64,000 nt of DNA from Blastocystis sp. Blastoise (lineage: Eukaryota > Protista > Bigyra: Opalinata), in contig JBBPEB010000015.1 in the NCBI GenBank assembly GCA_039096225.1, positions 1,178,001 through 1,242,000 on the forward strand. Direction: 5' to 3'. Both the position numbers and the translations under genes were made by a program. A model generated the notes under the pieces. It searched no databases, was not told where the DNA came from, and saw only the letters and a program-made list of their open reading frames with translations. Position 1 is the first letter of the stretch. Every line of letters begins with the position of its first letter. This document shows positions 41,706 to 58,605 of the stretch, piece by piece.

Positions 41706-42524
41706 AAAAATAAATAAATTATGTTCTAGAATTAATAATGATTTTTCTGATTTTTTTTTATGACAAATAAGAAAAATTTAAATCTTTAACTGACTCTTTG
41801 AAACGTATGTTTTCCAACCAGTTTCTTTCTTTACAGTTTATATTTAATGGATGAAATACTGAACATAAACGATGCCATCTCACCTCATACATGAAATATC
41901 ATAAATTTCATTATTTTAATGTAAAAAAGGAAAATGATCATTATTTAAAGTAATCTTTTTTTAAATTCGGCAAAATATATAAGATTCAAAGTTGACATAG
42001 AATTCATACAAATAATTTTTTTTTTCAGAATTTGAATTAAATAAGAAAAAAGAGTAGTAAATGTGTAGGATAAAAGTTGGGTATAGATTCAGTTATATGT
42101 ATTAACTTATGATTACATCACCTAAATCATGATTTACTGTTATTAGAAGATAAAAGAACTGTTTAAGTTACTTTTGAAAATTTTGAGCAATAGTGTTTAT
42201 GTTATAAAGTAATATATTTCAGAAAACAATAGTGAAGGTTTATAAATACAATAGCTGAATAGAAGAATTCATTTTGGCTCGTTTGAAAGAAAGTTTCACG
42301 AAATACCTATTATAAAAGAATAATCAAGTTTTATTTTCATTGTATTTCTCTAGTGAGTTTTTGTTATGTAGACTGATGAGTAGTAAATATGAATCTACAA
42401 CATGTAAATGAATAAAAATGAGTTATTCATAGTTTCCGTGGAGATATTTAAATATTGAGAGAAAAAAACGAGTTATTCATAAATATATTGTTTTATTAAA
42501 ATCAACACTTATACATTAGAATCC

Positions 42525-45105
<2,581 letters not shown>

Positions 45106-45711
45106 AACTCCTTAAATAACTGAAGTGAAAATCATGAATTGAATAGAGACATATGAAAATAGTATTTTAACGAAACAACTTTAAAACAATTGATTCCATT
45201 TCAAAAACTACGAATCTCAATCAAATTCATATTTTCTTTTAATTCAAAAACATTCTCTCTTGTTAAATTAAAAGTTGTTTAGTTCTATTTATTTGATTGT
45301 TTTTCAATTCATTTTTTTTTTATTTATATTTCTAAACTTACCCAATTTTGTCAATATTAAAAAGTAGTACCAAACATTTTCACATTTAAATATACAACAG
45401 AGACTACTATTTATTAAATATGATCTAACTGTGTTGTTTTATAATATCTTGAAACATATTATTTCAATAATGAATCTTCGTATACCATAAAATAGTCATT
45501 AAAACACTAAGACCTAGTTATAATGGCTAGAGAAAATACAAAAAACACAACTTAGAATCTTGAAATTTTTTTAGTGATATAAACAAAGATTCATTATTTT
45601 GAAGTGGCTACGTCATCGTTTAAATAAACCAAACAATACGCTTTTATTTTATAAATGAAATAAATATCTAATAGGAATTCCACCGCATTTTTTTATTTTA
45701 TTTTATTTCTA

Positions 45712-47654
45712 ATGAAATCTATTTTTCTGGCGTTCTTTTTCATTGCAAATGTTTATGGAGGTGTTATTCTCCATATGAGTGATTTCCATCTCGATTTAGG
45801 TATGTTGATGAATAAATTATTATATTATTTTTTTTGTTTTTAGAATACAAAGAAGGATCTTATGCAAATTGCCTCGATGTTGACGATTCTTGCTGTCATA
45901 AAGTTTCTATTCCTTTACCTGGCTCACGTATACCATTAATAGACATTAGTGTTATTTTCTTTTGATTTGTCTACTTTTCTATCTATATAGCACGTGCGAG
46001 TCGTTATGGAGAGAAAAGATGTGGTAGTCCAAAAGAATTATTGATCGATACCTTTGCGTCTTTAAAAAAATATTATGCGATTCATCCCGAATTTAAACCT
46101 TCTATGATTGTCTATACTGGAGATACTTTTGGAAATCATGTAGCAAACGTTCAGTCTTCTAAAGTATTTGAATATATTGATGCTGCCAACCAATATTTAT
46201 CAGAAGCTTTTCCTGATATTCCGTATATTGATTTTTATGTTTTTATATTTTTTTGAATTATATATATTATTTATTATTATTATTATATTATTATTATTAT
46301 TATTATTTTTTTTTTATTAATATTTATGATTGTTATTACATTTATTATTATATATAGTATTATATATTGTCCTGGAAATCATGATACATTCCCTATTAAT
46401 CAATTCACATTATCAAGATCTATGATGACCAAAAACTGGTATAATAGCTGGAAAGTATATTAATTTTAAATATATATTAATTCTTATTATAAATATAATA
46501 TATATACATAGTCTTATATACCTGAAGATCAAGTAAATACTTTTCTTGAAGGAGGCTATTATAGTTACTCTGTATATATATATATAAGAAATGTATTAAT
46601 ATTATATGTATATAGCCTATTAAAGGTCTTCGTTTTATATCTATAAATACATTATGGGGTGATAATCAATCTGTTGGTCTTATTCCCTCAGACGCTGATC
46701 CTATGGTATATTTATATATATTTATATTTATTATCTTAATTATATATATATATATATATAATATATTTAAAGTATTTTTAATAATTCTTTAAAACTATTG
46801 TTTATGAATATGTAGTTAAATTGGATTCATGAAACACTTGATTATTCACGTAAAAATAATGAAAAAGTCTATTGGGTTTCTCATTGGTCTTTATGTATAT
46901 ATTATTAAATATTATTTTTTATCAAACACTAATATTTATTATTATTATTTTGATTTTATTCTATAGGTCAAGGAGATTATAACAAATATATAACTAATAA
47001 ATTAAGACCTATATTTGATGAATATAATGATATTATTATTGCTTCTTTAGCTGGTCATATTCATGCTGAAGATGTATATATATCTTATATATATATACAT
47101 ATTATTTATTATATATATCTAATATTTATATATATCTTATATATATATAGACTATGCTTTATCGTCATTCTAATTGGGAAAAGATGCTTAAAGAAAATAA
47201 TACAAATATATATACTCATGTTAGTTTATTTGCTAGTTCATTTAAACCTCAATATACACCAACAAATCTTAAATTCATTATTTTTAATAATACGTATATA
47301 TATATTGTATTCTATTTATTATTTATATATTAAATATATATATATATATAGTTCTTTTGAAATTGAAGATATTAAGAGTCTTAATGTAAATAAAGAAGAA
47401 AGTAATAAAAATCGTACTATCATTTTTAATGAACCCTTATCTTATAGTATATATATTGTTTATTTATATATTATTTTTATATAGAAAATGAATTAAAATT
47501 ATCTTCTTTTTCTCCTCGTTCTTTTGGTGAATTAAGTGAAAGAATTAATAATGATCAAAGTTTACTGAATCGTTTTGAATACTTTCATTCCAAATATGAA
47601 CAGAATTGTGATGAAAAATGTAAACAAGATTTACTCAATCGTTTATATTGTTAA
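45712..47654 (+). CDS. Secreted acid sphingomyelinase-like (SMPDL3-type) metallophosphoesterase
   Basis: Signal peptide MKSIFLAFFFIANVYG; SDFHLD, CC, YGEKRCGSP, YTGD, PGNHD, EGGYYS, ISINT, VSH and AGHIHAED motifs; no saposin domain. Confidence 0.88.
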
Positions 47655-48044
47655 AGAATCATTTTTATTTTTGCATATTATTTCGATATTTTATGTTTTC
47701 TTTCTATTAAAAAGCTTACAATGCTTTACTTTCTTTAATAATAAATGCTCATCTTTCTTATAAAGCGTGTTGTTATTTTATTCATATTATCTATACTATA
47801 TATTAAAATAAAAACTCATATGTAATTAGTAAATAATGAAGACTACACATGTAACTTTTTATTGTTTTCTTAGCTGACATAATATATATAAATTCAATTC
47901 TAATCAACCTATTAAAGAAAAGAAACTAGACACATTTTAATTTTTATTTGCTTTACAAATTCTAAGAAGAATTATACATTTAAAATAATTTAAACAACAT
48001 CAAAATTAATTATACTCTATTTTCAGACAAGTTATATGCCATAA

Positions 48045-49951
48045 ATGAACCAAATTAATGATGACACAATTTTATATCGATTCAAAGATCACAAAGAAAT
48101 CAAGATTCCGTCATTATTACTTGATCAATATCCATCATGGGAATTATCCAAACTATCTAAAGGTTTTCAAAATAACAAATGTAGTCAGAAAGTGATTGAA
48201 ACAAAGTTTTTATTCCATAGAACTGATTTAATTGTGGATTATTTATCAAATCATAAATTCACTTCTTATTCCCTTTCAGATGACGATTTGCAAGGCTTTC
48301 TAGAGACTATAGATATTCAGTTTCCATTAGATAGTAAAGGACTCTTTGAAATCTTTTATGTTCAGCAGATTAATCGATTGATTCGTTTCTTTTCTCAGAA
48401 CAATATCATACTAGCAGATTCATTTATTGATAATAGTATCTATAATGTAGAGAATATATCGTTAAAAGGACTCGATGACAGTCTTCTCAATAAATACAAA
48501 ACTCTCATTTTTCAAAGTAATTTAATCATATTTTCATTAATTACATTATATATAGATGCTATTTCATATGATTTATCAGCAAATCTACTGAATTTCAAGA
48601 TATCTTTGAATTTATTTCATATAGAAAATATAGTATTCATAAGTATTATTATAACTGTTTTATAGATATAAACTGTTTATAGATATAACTGACGATAGTC
48701 ATTTAAATTCATTAATAAATATAGATATAATAAATCTTTTACATTATTTAAAAAGAATTATTATTTGTAAATGTATATATTGTTTTAAGTGTTATAAACA
48801 TATTATAAATATTTCTAATTATATGTAAATTATTTTTTTAAATATATTTATTTTTCTACATAATCTAAACTTGTTAATAAAAAATATATATAGGTATATA
48901 AGAACTTTTTAAAATCAAATTTAATTATTTATAGACACTGATTCTACAAAGAATTCTATTTATATTGATATTCATGGTATTTAAAACTTTTTATATTTAT
49001 TTATATAATCTATAGATATATCACATTGGGTATTGACGTATATATGGACAATTTATATTATATAAAAACTAGAAATATAATACTTATATATATAGTTTGT
49101 ATAATATAGCTGAAGATATATTTGTTGATACAGTTTTCTCTATTCCATGTATATCAACTATTTCAGGCATTCACATATGTATATAAATTATACTATTATT
49201 CTTGTGTATAATAAATTATGTATTATATATATAGGCAATTTTAATTCTTTACAGAATTATGATTCTATTACATTAGCAGAAAAATATCTATTAAAAAACA
49301 TTAATGAACTCTATTTAGAAGAGTGTATATTATATAAATATCTAGTATTAAATAAATTATATATATATAAAGCATGCATGTATATGTTGGAAAATGATTA
49401 TTTTAAACAGAATTCCTTTCGAATTCTATTATTGCAAAGAATTACAACTGTTTTCTTATGTATTTTTATTATTTTATTTTAGTTATATATACATAATCCT
49501 TTTAAAAGTTTTAATTCTCACCATTTTTATTATATTATTTATAATAGATTGTCCAAATCGATGGAACACAGTTTCCCCCTTATTATCCCCTTCTCTTTCT
49601 TTTTTATTAAATAAGAATATACCTTCATTATCGTCTTTGACTATTTATTTTAGTATATTCTTATATATTATTATCATTAGTTTATCTATATGTGTATATA
49701 TAGTGTGTCAAACTTATTATCCAATACAATCTTATGATATATTAATACACTTTATAATAAACTCAGAACTCCCTTTTCTTCAAAGTTTAACTGTAGCAAG
49801 TATATTATTCAGTTATATATATTATATTATATTATATTATATTATAAATTATGAATATATCATTTTAGATTTACAGTTACATAAAGAACAAAACGAAAAT
49901 CTTGAAGTTGAATGTCAAAAGAAACATATAACATTAGTTAAAGTTCATTAA
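48045..49951 (+). CDS. Lineage-specific protein with degenerate BTB-like N-terminus and LRR-like motifs (same type as the 34379 gene)
   Basis: YRFKDHKEIKIPSLLLDQYPSWELSKL..LIVDYL; IPSLSSLTI and LPFLQSLTV motifs. Exon model is approximate. Confidence 0.55.
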
Positions 49952-50303
49952 GTCATTTTTTTATTTATAATAGATAGAGTAATAAGTAATAAAGAAATCG
50001 TTTCTTGGATTATGTAGTTATTTTTAACAAATATTCATCAAAATAATAATTGTTTATATTTTGTATTGTAAATAAACAAGAAGATCTTGAGTATATTATT
50101 AAATATTGAGTTTAATGTATATAAAAACAAAAATAAATTAAAAAACATATAGAATACACGTGGAATAAATAATGTAAACAGCAACTTTATAATTATATAT
50201 ATTGAAAAATTTGAAAAATTTGAAAAAAAGAAAGAAAAATACATTTATTGATAAAAAATAAAACTAAATATCATATACATATAGTTTAAGAATTATAATT
50301 ATA

Positions 50304-52569
<2,266 letters not shown>

Positions 52570-52728
52570 TTTAAATTGATATCTATCACTGAAATAAAAA
52601 GAAACAAATGAATCTAGTTTTTTATGTTTTAATTGAATTCCTCAGTTTGAAACAGAAGAAAATCGCGAATTTATATGTATTACAAATAAATTTTTTTCTA
52701 TTATTATTTATCTATTTATTTATTTGTG
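52570..52728. promoter_or_regulatory. Compact putative bidirectional promoter
   Basis: 159 bp between divergent ATGs at 52569 (-) and 52729 (+); contains the near-palindrome AAATCGCGAATTT. Confidence 0.45.
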
Positions 52729-54195
52729 ATGGATCCATTTCGTTCTGTTTCATTGTATTTTCTTACTTGACTTATCTTTTAAAATAAATTAGATATTTCC
52801 GAACTCTTGCTGATCGTGGTTTATTAGAAAATTCGTTTCTTATTGTTGATAATTCTATTTTTAAATTAATTGATTGCTGTGGAGGTGTTAGTTTTTTACA
52901 AGATATTGGTGTTCAACGAGTTATCCAATTTGAAAAGCAATGTATATATGAGATGGCATATACAGAATATATATGTTAACTATTCTATGTTAATTTATAT
53001 AGTGAAAGAGCCGAATCATGCCGTTTTTTCATTTGATTCTTTACCTTATCAAATAAATCAAGAAACAGTATGCTATAAATATATTTCTAATGATAGATTG
53101 ATGATTATTGTTCATATTATTTAGATTTTAAATTTTGAGAGCGTTCGAATCGTTTTATTATTATCATCTCCATTTGAGTCTATTCAATATGATATTCAAT
53201 CATTTATTTCTTTATATCCAGAAATACAAGATATTGTTATTTTATTAACAGATTATTCTAATTTGAATACATCTGAAGAATTAAATACATTTATCATGGA
53301 TAAACCAAATCAAATTAATCAACTTTATTCTTTATTTGAAACTACTGTATACTTTTATTATTATTATTATTTAAAGTTATATTTATAGTATTCAAATGTT
53401 TATATATATATATAGTGTCCTACTCATGTTGTTATTAAATCTGTTCCTTTTCCTCTTCTTCCTCTATTCTCTGCAAATTCGTTAGGTATATCCTTATTTA
53501 CAAATTCAAATATAAATGATCAAACGGTATACTTATTTATTATGTATTATTATTTATTATTTATTTATTGTTATTTTATTTATTGTATTATTATTTATTA
53601 TATTATTTATTGATTATTATCTTATTTATTGATTATTATTTAATGATTTTCTATTTATTATTATATTATTATTTATTATTATACTCTATAGATCCTTCCT
53701 ATTCGAACAAAGGATATTATTTCTTCTTCTTCAGGAATAAATTTATATTCAAATACGATTACTTCAAAAGATTTAAAGATACAGAAACAATTAGGTATTA
53801 TTTAATAAATATATTCATTTATTTATTTATTTTCTTTTATATATATAGATATGGAATATATATCTTCATCTATTCTTCGATCTCTTCAATTTTTAAATAT
53901 TAATATAAAAAATCATATTTTTGGTGTTGGGTATATATATATATATTTTAATAGTTCTATATATGTATATAGTCCTTCAGGAAGAGTTATTGCTCAAGAT
54001 ATAGGGATAAGATATCCTGTATATATATATATTATTATATATTATTATATGTTAATATTTTATGTATTTATATATTATTTTTTTAATATTATTATTCTAT
54101 ATTATAATTAACTATATTTATTCTATGTTATATATGAGTAGACATTATCATTATCTGCTGATACAATTGCTGCTTCACTTATTGTTGTTGATAGG

Positions 54196-54243
<48 letters not shown>

Positions 54244-54407
54244 TTTAGAAATATTAATATTGATTTAAGTCTTCAAGAAGATGACGCTATACATAAGCAT
54301 ATACTTATGAATATAGATCAGCCATGTATATATTATTATATTTATTATTATATTTATTATTATTGTTATTTATATATAGACTCTGATTCAACAGTTACAG
54401 TGAAATA

Positions 54408-54453
<46 letters not shown>

Positions 54454-55236
54454 TAATTCCTGGTCCTATTCGTCCGTCTCTCTCTAATTTATATAACTCT
54501 ATATCCATTTATAATAAAGGTATATATATATTTATAATATTCATTTCTTTATTTATATAGATATTCAAGGTGATAATTCTATATTAAAATTATCAAATTT
54601 AATTCTTAAAAAGGTATTTTTATGATTAATGTATATATAATTATAAATATATATTCTATATATAGATCTTTAAAGATGAACATTTGAAAATGGAATCAAA
54701 TCCCAATCCCATGGGAATATTAACTCAAAATTTAGATAAACTTAAAAAGAATATGTATTTATTTATTTATATTTATATTTATATTTATAATTTTTTTTAG
54801 TAAATTATATACAAAATATGCTGAAACCATTTCTGTCCTAACAAGAATTCAAGTATATATTATTATTATTATTATATTTATTATTATTATTATTATATTT
54901 ATTATATTTATTATTATATTTATTATATTTATTATATTTATTATATTTATTATATTTATTATATTTATTATATTTATTATATTTATTATATTTATTATAT
55001 TTATTATATTTATTATATTTATTATATTTATTATATTTATTATTATTATCTAGTCTATGTCTACATCAAATTCATATAATTATAAATCTATGGATGAAGA
55101 ACAAGATCAATATGAAAAGAATGAATCTGCTCTCTCTTATATACTTCCATTCCTCATCAATAAATCCAAAGATCAAAAACATATTCCATTTAAATATATA
55201 TATAGATCTATTTTAAGAGCTTATACACATTATCCT

Positions 55237-55314
<78 letters not shown>

Positions 55315-56314
55315 TCAATATAAAAATATATAAATTTATATCTAGGTAAATCCTTCTGATAATGGTATATATACTGATGAAGATGATGTTAAAAGAAGTT
55401 TAATTTTGTATCTTATTCAAACACCTAAAGAATATATTCATGAATATTCTCCATATTTAATGAAAGAAGAATATGATATTGTTGAAGGTATAGTATTATG
55501 TTTATATTTATTATGTTTATAATGATAATTATAATATTTATAATTATTCTTATAATATTTATAATTATATTTATTATGTTTTTATTCATATTTATAATTA
55601 TACTAATTCTCTAGATTATGCACAAACATTAAATAAGTCTCTTATAGATCATGTAGAATCTATATATAAAAATATGGTGAATACACTATTTAGCATGTGC
55701 TTAGATCTCTACTATGCACGTGCTTCTATGAAAAATAAATGCTATACTAATCCTGATTCTTCACTTGTATAAATATTATTATAATAATCATATTAATTAT
55801 AATAATCATATTAATTATAATAATCATATTAATTATAATAATCATATTAATTATAATATTCTTATTAATTATAATAATCATATTAATTATAATAATATTT
55901 CTTTATATATATATAGTTTGAATGTTTATTAGATCATACCCTTAAAGAATCTCAAGGAAATGATTTATTTTGGTATAATGAAACAAAAAAACAAGATAAA
56001 TCATCATCTTTGTCTTATTTTACAAGTTTTTTATCTAATATTGTAACAACTTCAAATGTTCAAGATAATTCTGTTCTCTATATATATATTGTTGGAGGTA
56101 TGACAACAATTGAAATTTTTGATTTCGTACAATATTGTATCCATCATCAGAATGATACTCAAAAACAAACTGTATTTTATACTCTTTCTATTCTATTTTT
56201 TAAGTACTCAATTAATATATATATATATATATAACTCAATTCATATATTTATAGATTATTGTGGGAACAACTCATATTATTGATGAAGATGCAAATAACC
56301 ATTATTTCCAATAA
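52729..56314 (+). CDS. Sec1/Munc18 (SM) family protein, SCFD2/MIP3-like
   Basis: LIVDNS..GGVSFLQDIGV, IFGVGPSGRVIA, ASLIVVDR, YIYIVGGMTTIE..IIVGTTHII; roughly 18 exons. Confidence 0.75.
54860..55048 (+). repeat. Intronic 9-mer array (ATTATATTT)n
   Basis: Same unit, in sense orientation, as the kinase-intron array. Confidence 0.9.
55781..55893 (+). repeat. Intronic 18-bp tandem repeat (ATAATAATCATATTAATT), 4 perfect copies plus degenerate ones
   Basis: Directly visible. Confidence 0.9.
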
Positions 56315-56679
56315 TCTCATAGTTATATTGTTTTAATATACTTGCTATTCTTCATAATCTCTTCTTTTTTATTCATTTTTATTATTATTTACATGGAATT
56401 CTTTTTTCTTTTTACATCTAACTTGTTTTCTTTCAACTATCCAATATCCACAATCTATTTACAAACTATCAACATCATCAGATATTCAAAATATAACCAA
56501 TTATTATTGACTATGAACAATTACTTTATCTTTCATCATCACTACATACATTTATACATTCAAATGTCATATACATCATATTTCCAATATTCTTCAAGTA
56601 AATAACATAACAAGTCATCAGTATTTTATTTATAAAAAAAGAAAACAGCTTTATCATAGAAAAAATCATTTCTGAGTAC

Positions 56680-57469
56680 TAGAGAATTACAAAAAACCGG
56701 ATACGGTTAATTATCTGGTTTAAACCGGATAAAAATTTTATCCGGTTTTTGTTTTTTACAGTCAAAATTTTTAACCGGTTTCAAAACCGGTTAAAATTTT
56801 TTTTTCTTTTTTGTGTATTATTGAGCATAATTTTGCTTTATTTCTGTTATTATAAATATATTTGATGCCTATATATATTATTAATAAAAATTAGCAATGA
56901 TATACGTTGTATATAATAAAGAAAATGATTCCATTCCTATTTCTTTCATGAAGAAATGTATTGAGTTATTCCTATATGCTCAAATTAATTTACTCTGCCA
57001 TATTAAATTATTGTTCTGCTATAAATGTGTATTTGAATGGACTGTTTTCTTGCAAAACTTGTGAGATACTGAATATCTCAGTACGAGTGTTTTTCTATTT
57101 CAATGGTTCGTAGTATATAATACAAGCCTCTGAATAAAAAATACAATTAAAATTAATTATCTTGAATTATTAGTAAAATTTTTATTTAATTAGATGCTTA
57201 TTCTTTATTAGTATTCCAATTACATTTTTAAGTTTTATAATTAATTTTAATAGCATAATTCAAAACAATTTTAACCATAATTCTTTTTTTTTTATAATGC
57301 ATATTAGTGCATATCTATATAGATATATGTATTATAGTGACTTTTATACATAAATCAAACAACAATAGCATGTATAATTAAGTTTATTTAAGAAAATAAA
57401 AAACCGGATAAAAATTTTATCCGGTTTAAACCAGATAATTAACCGTATCCGGTTTTTTGTAATTCTCTA
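56680..57469. mobile_element. Non-autonomous hAT-type DNA transposon (MITE), 790 bp
   Basis: 71-bp TIRs (56680-56750 and 57399-57469; TAGAGAATTACAAAAAACCGGATACGG..., one mismatch); perfect 8-bp TSD CTGAGTAC at 56672-56679 and 57470-57477; no ORF. Confidence 0.93.
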
Positions 57470-57553
57470 CTGAGTACTCCTATTTTGAATAATCTAGATT
57501 CATTCTTGTACATAAAAATATATATTTATACATCAATATACTTCTATTTATAA

Positions 57554-58100
57554 ATGAAATTCTCTTTATTTGTATATAATTTGAGGATATCAACACTAGG
57601 ATCTATAGATTTTTCTTTGTTTTTTTGTAATCTCGATCTCTTCTGGAATTGAAGGAACATTCGGTAATAAATTTCAATGGAGAACACTTGAAGAAGGTTT
57701 TGCTATGGTAAAGAGTGATGAAAAACCTGGTATTCTCGTTATCCACAAAACTTGGTGTACATCATCTCAATATTTCGGTAAACGATTCGCTCGTGATATG
57801 CAAATCAAAAATTTAGCTAAGGATTTTGTATTTATTAGCTGCTTAGATGATGATGAACCTGAAGATCCCAAATATTCTCCAGATGGTAAATATTATCCTC
57901 GTATTTTCTTCATTAACCCTAATGGTGAAGTTAACTATGAAATTAACAACAGTGGTTATTCTCCTCAACATAAATACTATTATTTCGATACAAAACATTT
58001 AGTAGATAATATGGAAATCATGATTAAATCAGTTAAACATTATAAAAATCAATGGACTATTCCCGTTCCACCTAATAGTCATGAAGAAGATGAATTATAA
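57554..58100 (+). CDS. TXNDC12: ERp18/TXNDC12-AGR family ER thioredoxin-like protein with CXXS site and EDEL retention signal (2 exons)
   Basis: Signal peptide across the intron at 57572-57608; FGNKFQWRTLEEG, VIHKTWCTSS, EPEDPKYSPDGKYYPRIFFINPNG, KYYY, C-terminal EDEL. Confidence 0.88.
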
Positions 58101-58605
58101 ATTTCTTATTATGGTTTCTAGTTCTTTTTAATACTCTTCATTTTTTATAAATGTAAATTTTTATCTCTTTATAAAGTTCAATATTAATAATATTTTTTTA
58201 TATATTGTTTTTTTTAGAATAACTCTCTTTTTGTTAATACTATTTGATTTAATATTATTCACATGAAATATATATATGAATATATATGACGAATACTCTA
58301 TACTAGTTATAACTAAATACAAAGAAATAATGTATATGATAAATTTTATTAATAAATAGAAATACAAATGAAATCAATCAATCAAGTAGATACATAGAAT
58401 TATTATAAAATAAAATAATAATCATACTAAATATATTGTTTATTATATCTCAACCTAAAAACAAAACAAGAATAGGACATAAAGTCGATAAACGACAAAC
58501 ATATATAGTATAAAATATTAAAAAATAAAATAAAAATTAATTTTTTTTTATAAATGAATCATTCTATACATAAAGAATAGTATTTAATTTGAAAATATAT
58601 ATTTA

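Noticed and set aside
41866-41878. 13-nt match to SSU rRNA (CATAAACGATGCC)
   Set aside because: Too short, no flanking rRNA similarity, and no D box adjacent on the antisense strand.
42368-42400. CTGATGAG hammerhead-like core in a small hairpin
   Set aside because: Lacks GAAA and stems II/III.
56820-57398. Transposase remnant inside the MITE
   Set aside because: No ORF of 60 aa or more and no convincing hAT motif in the frames examined.
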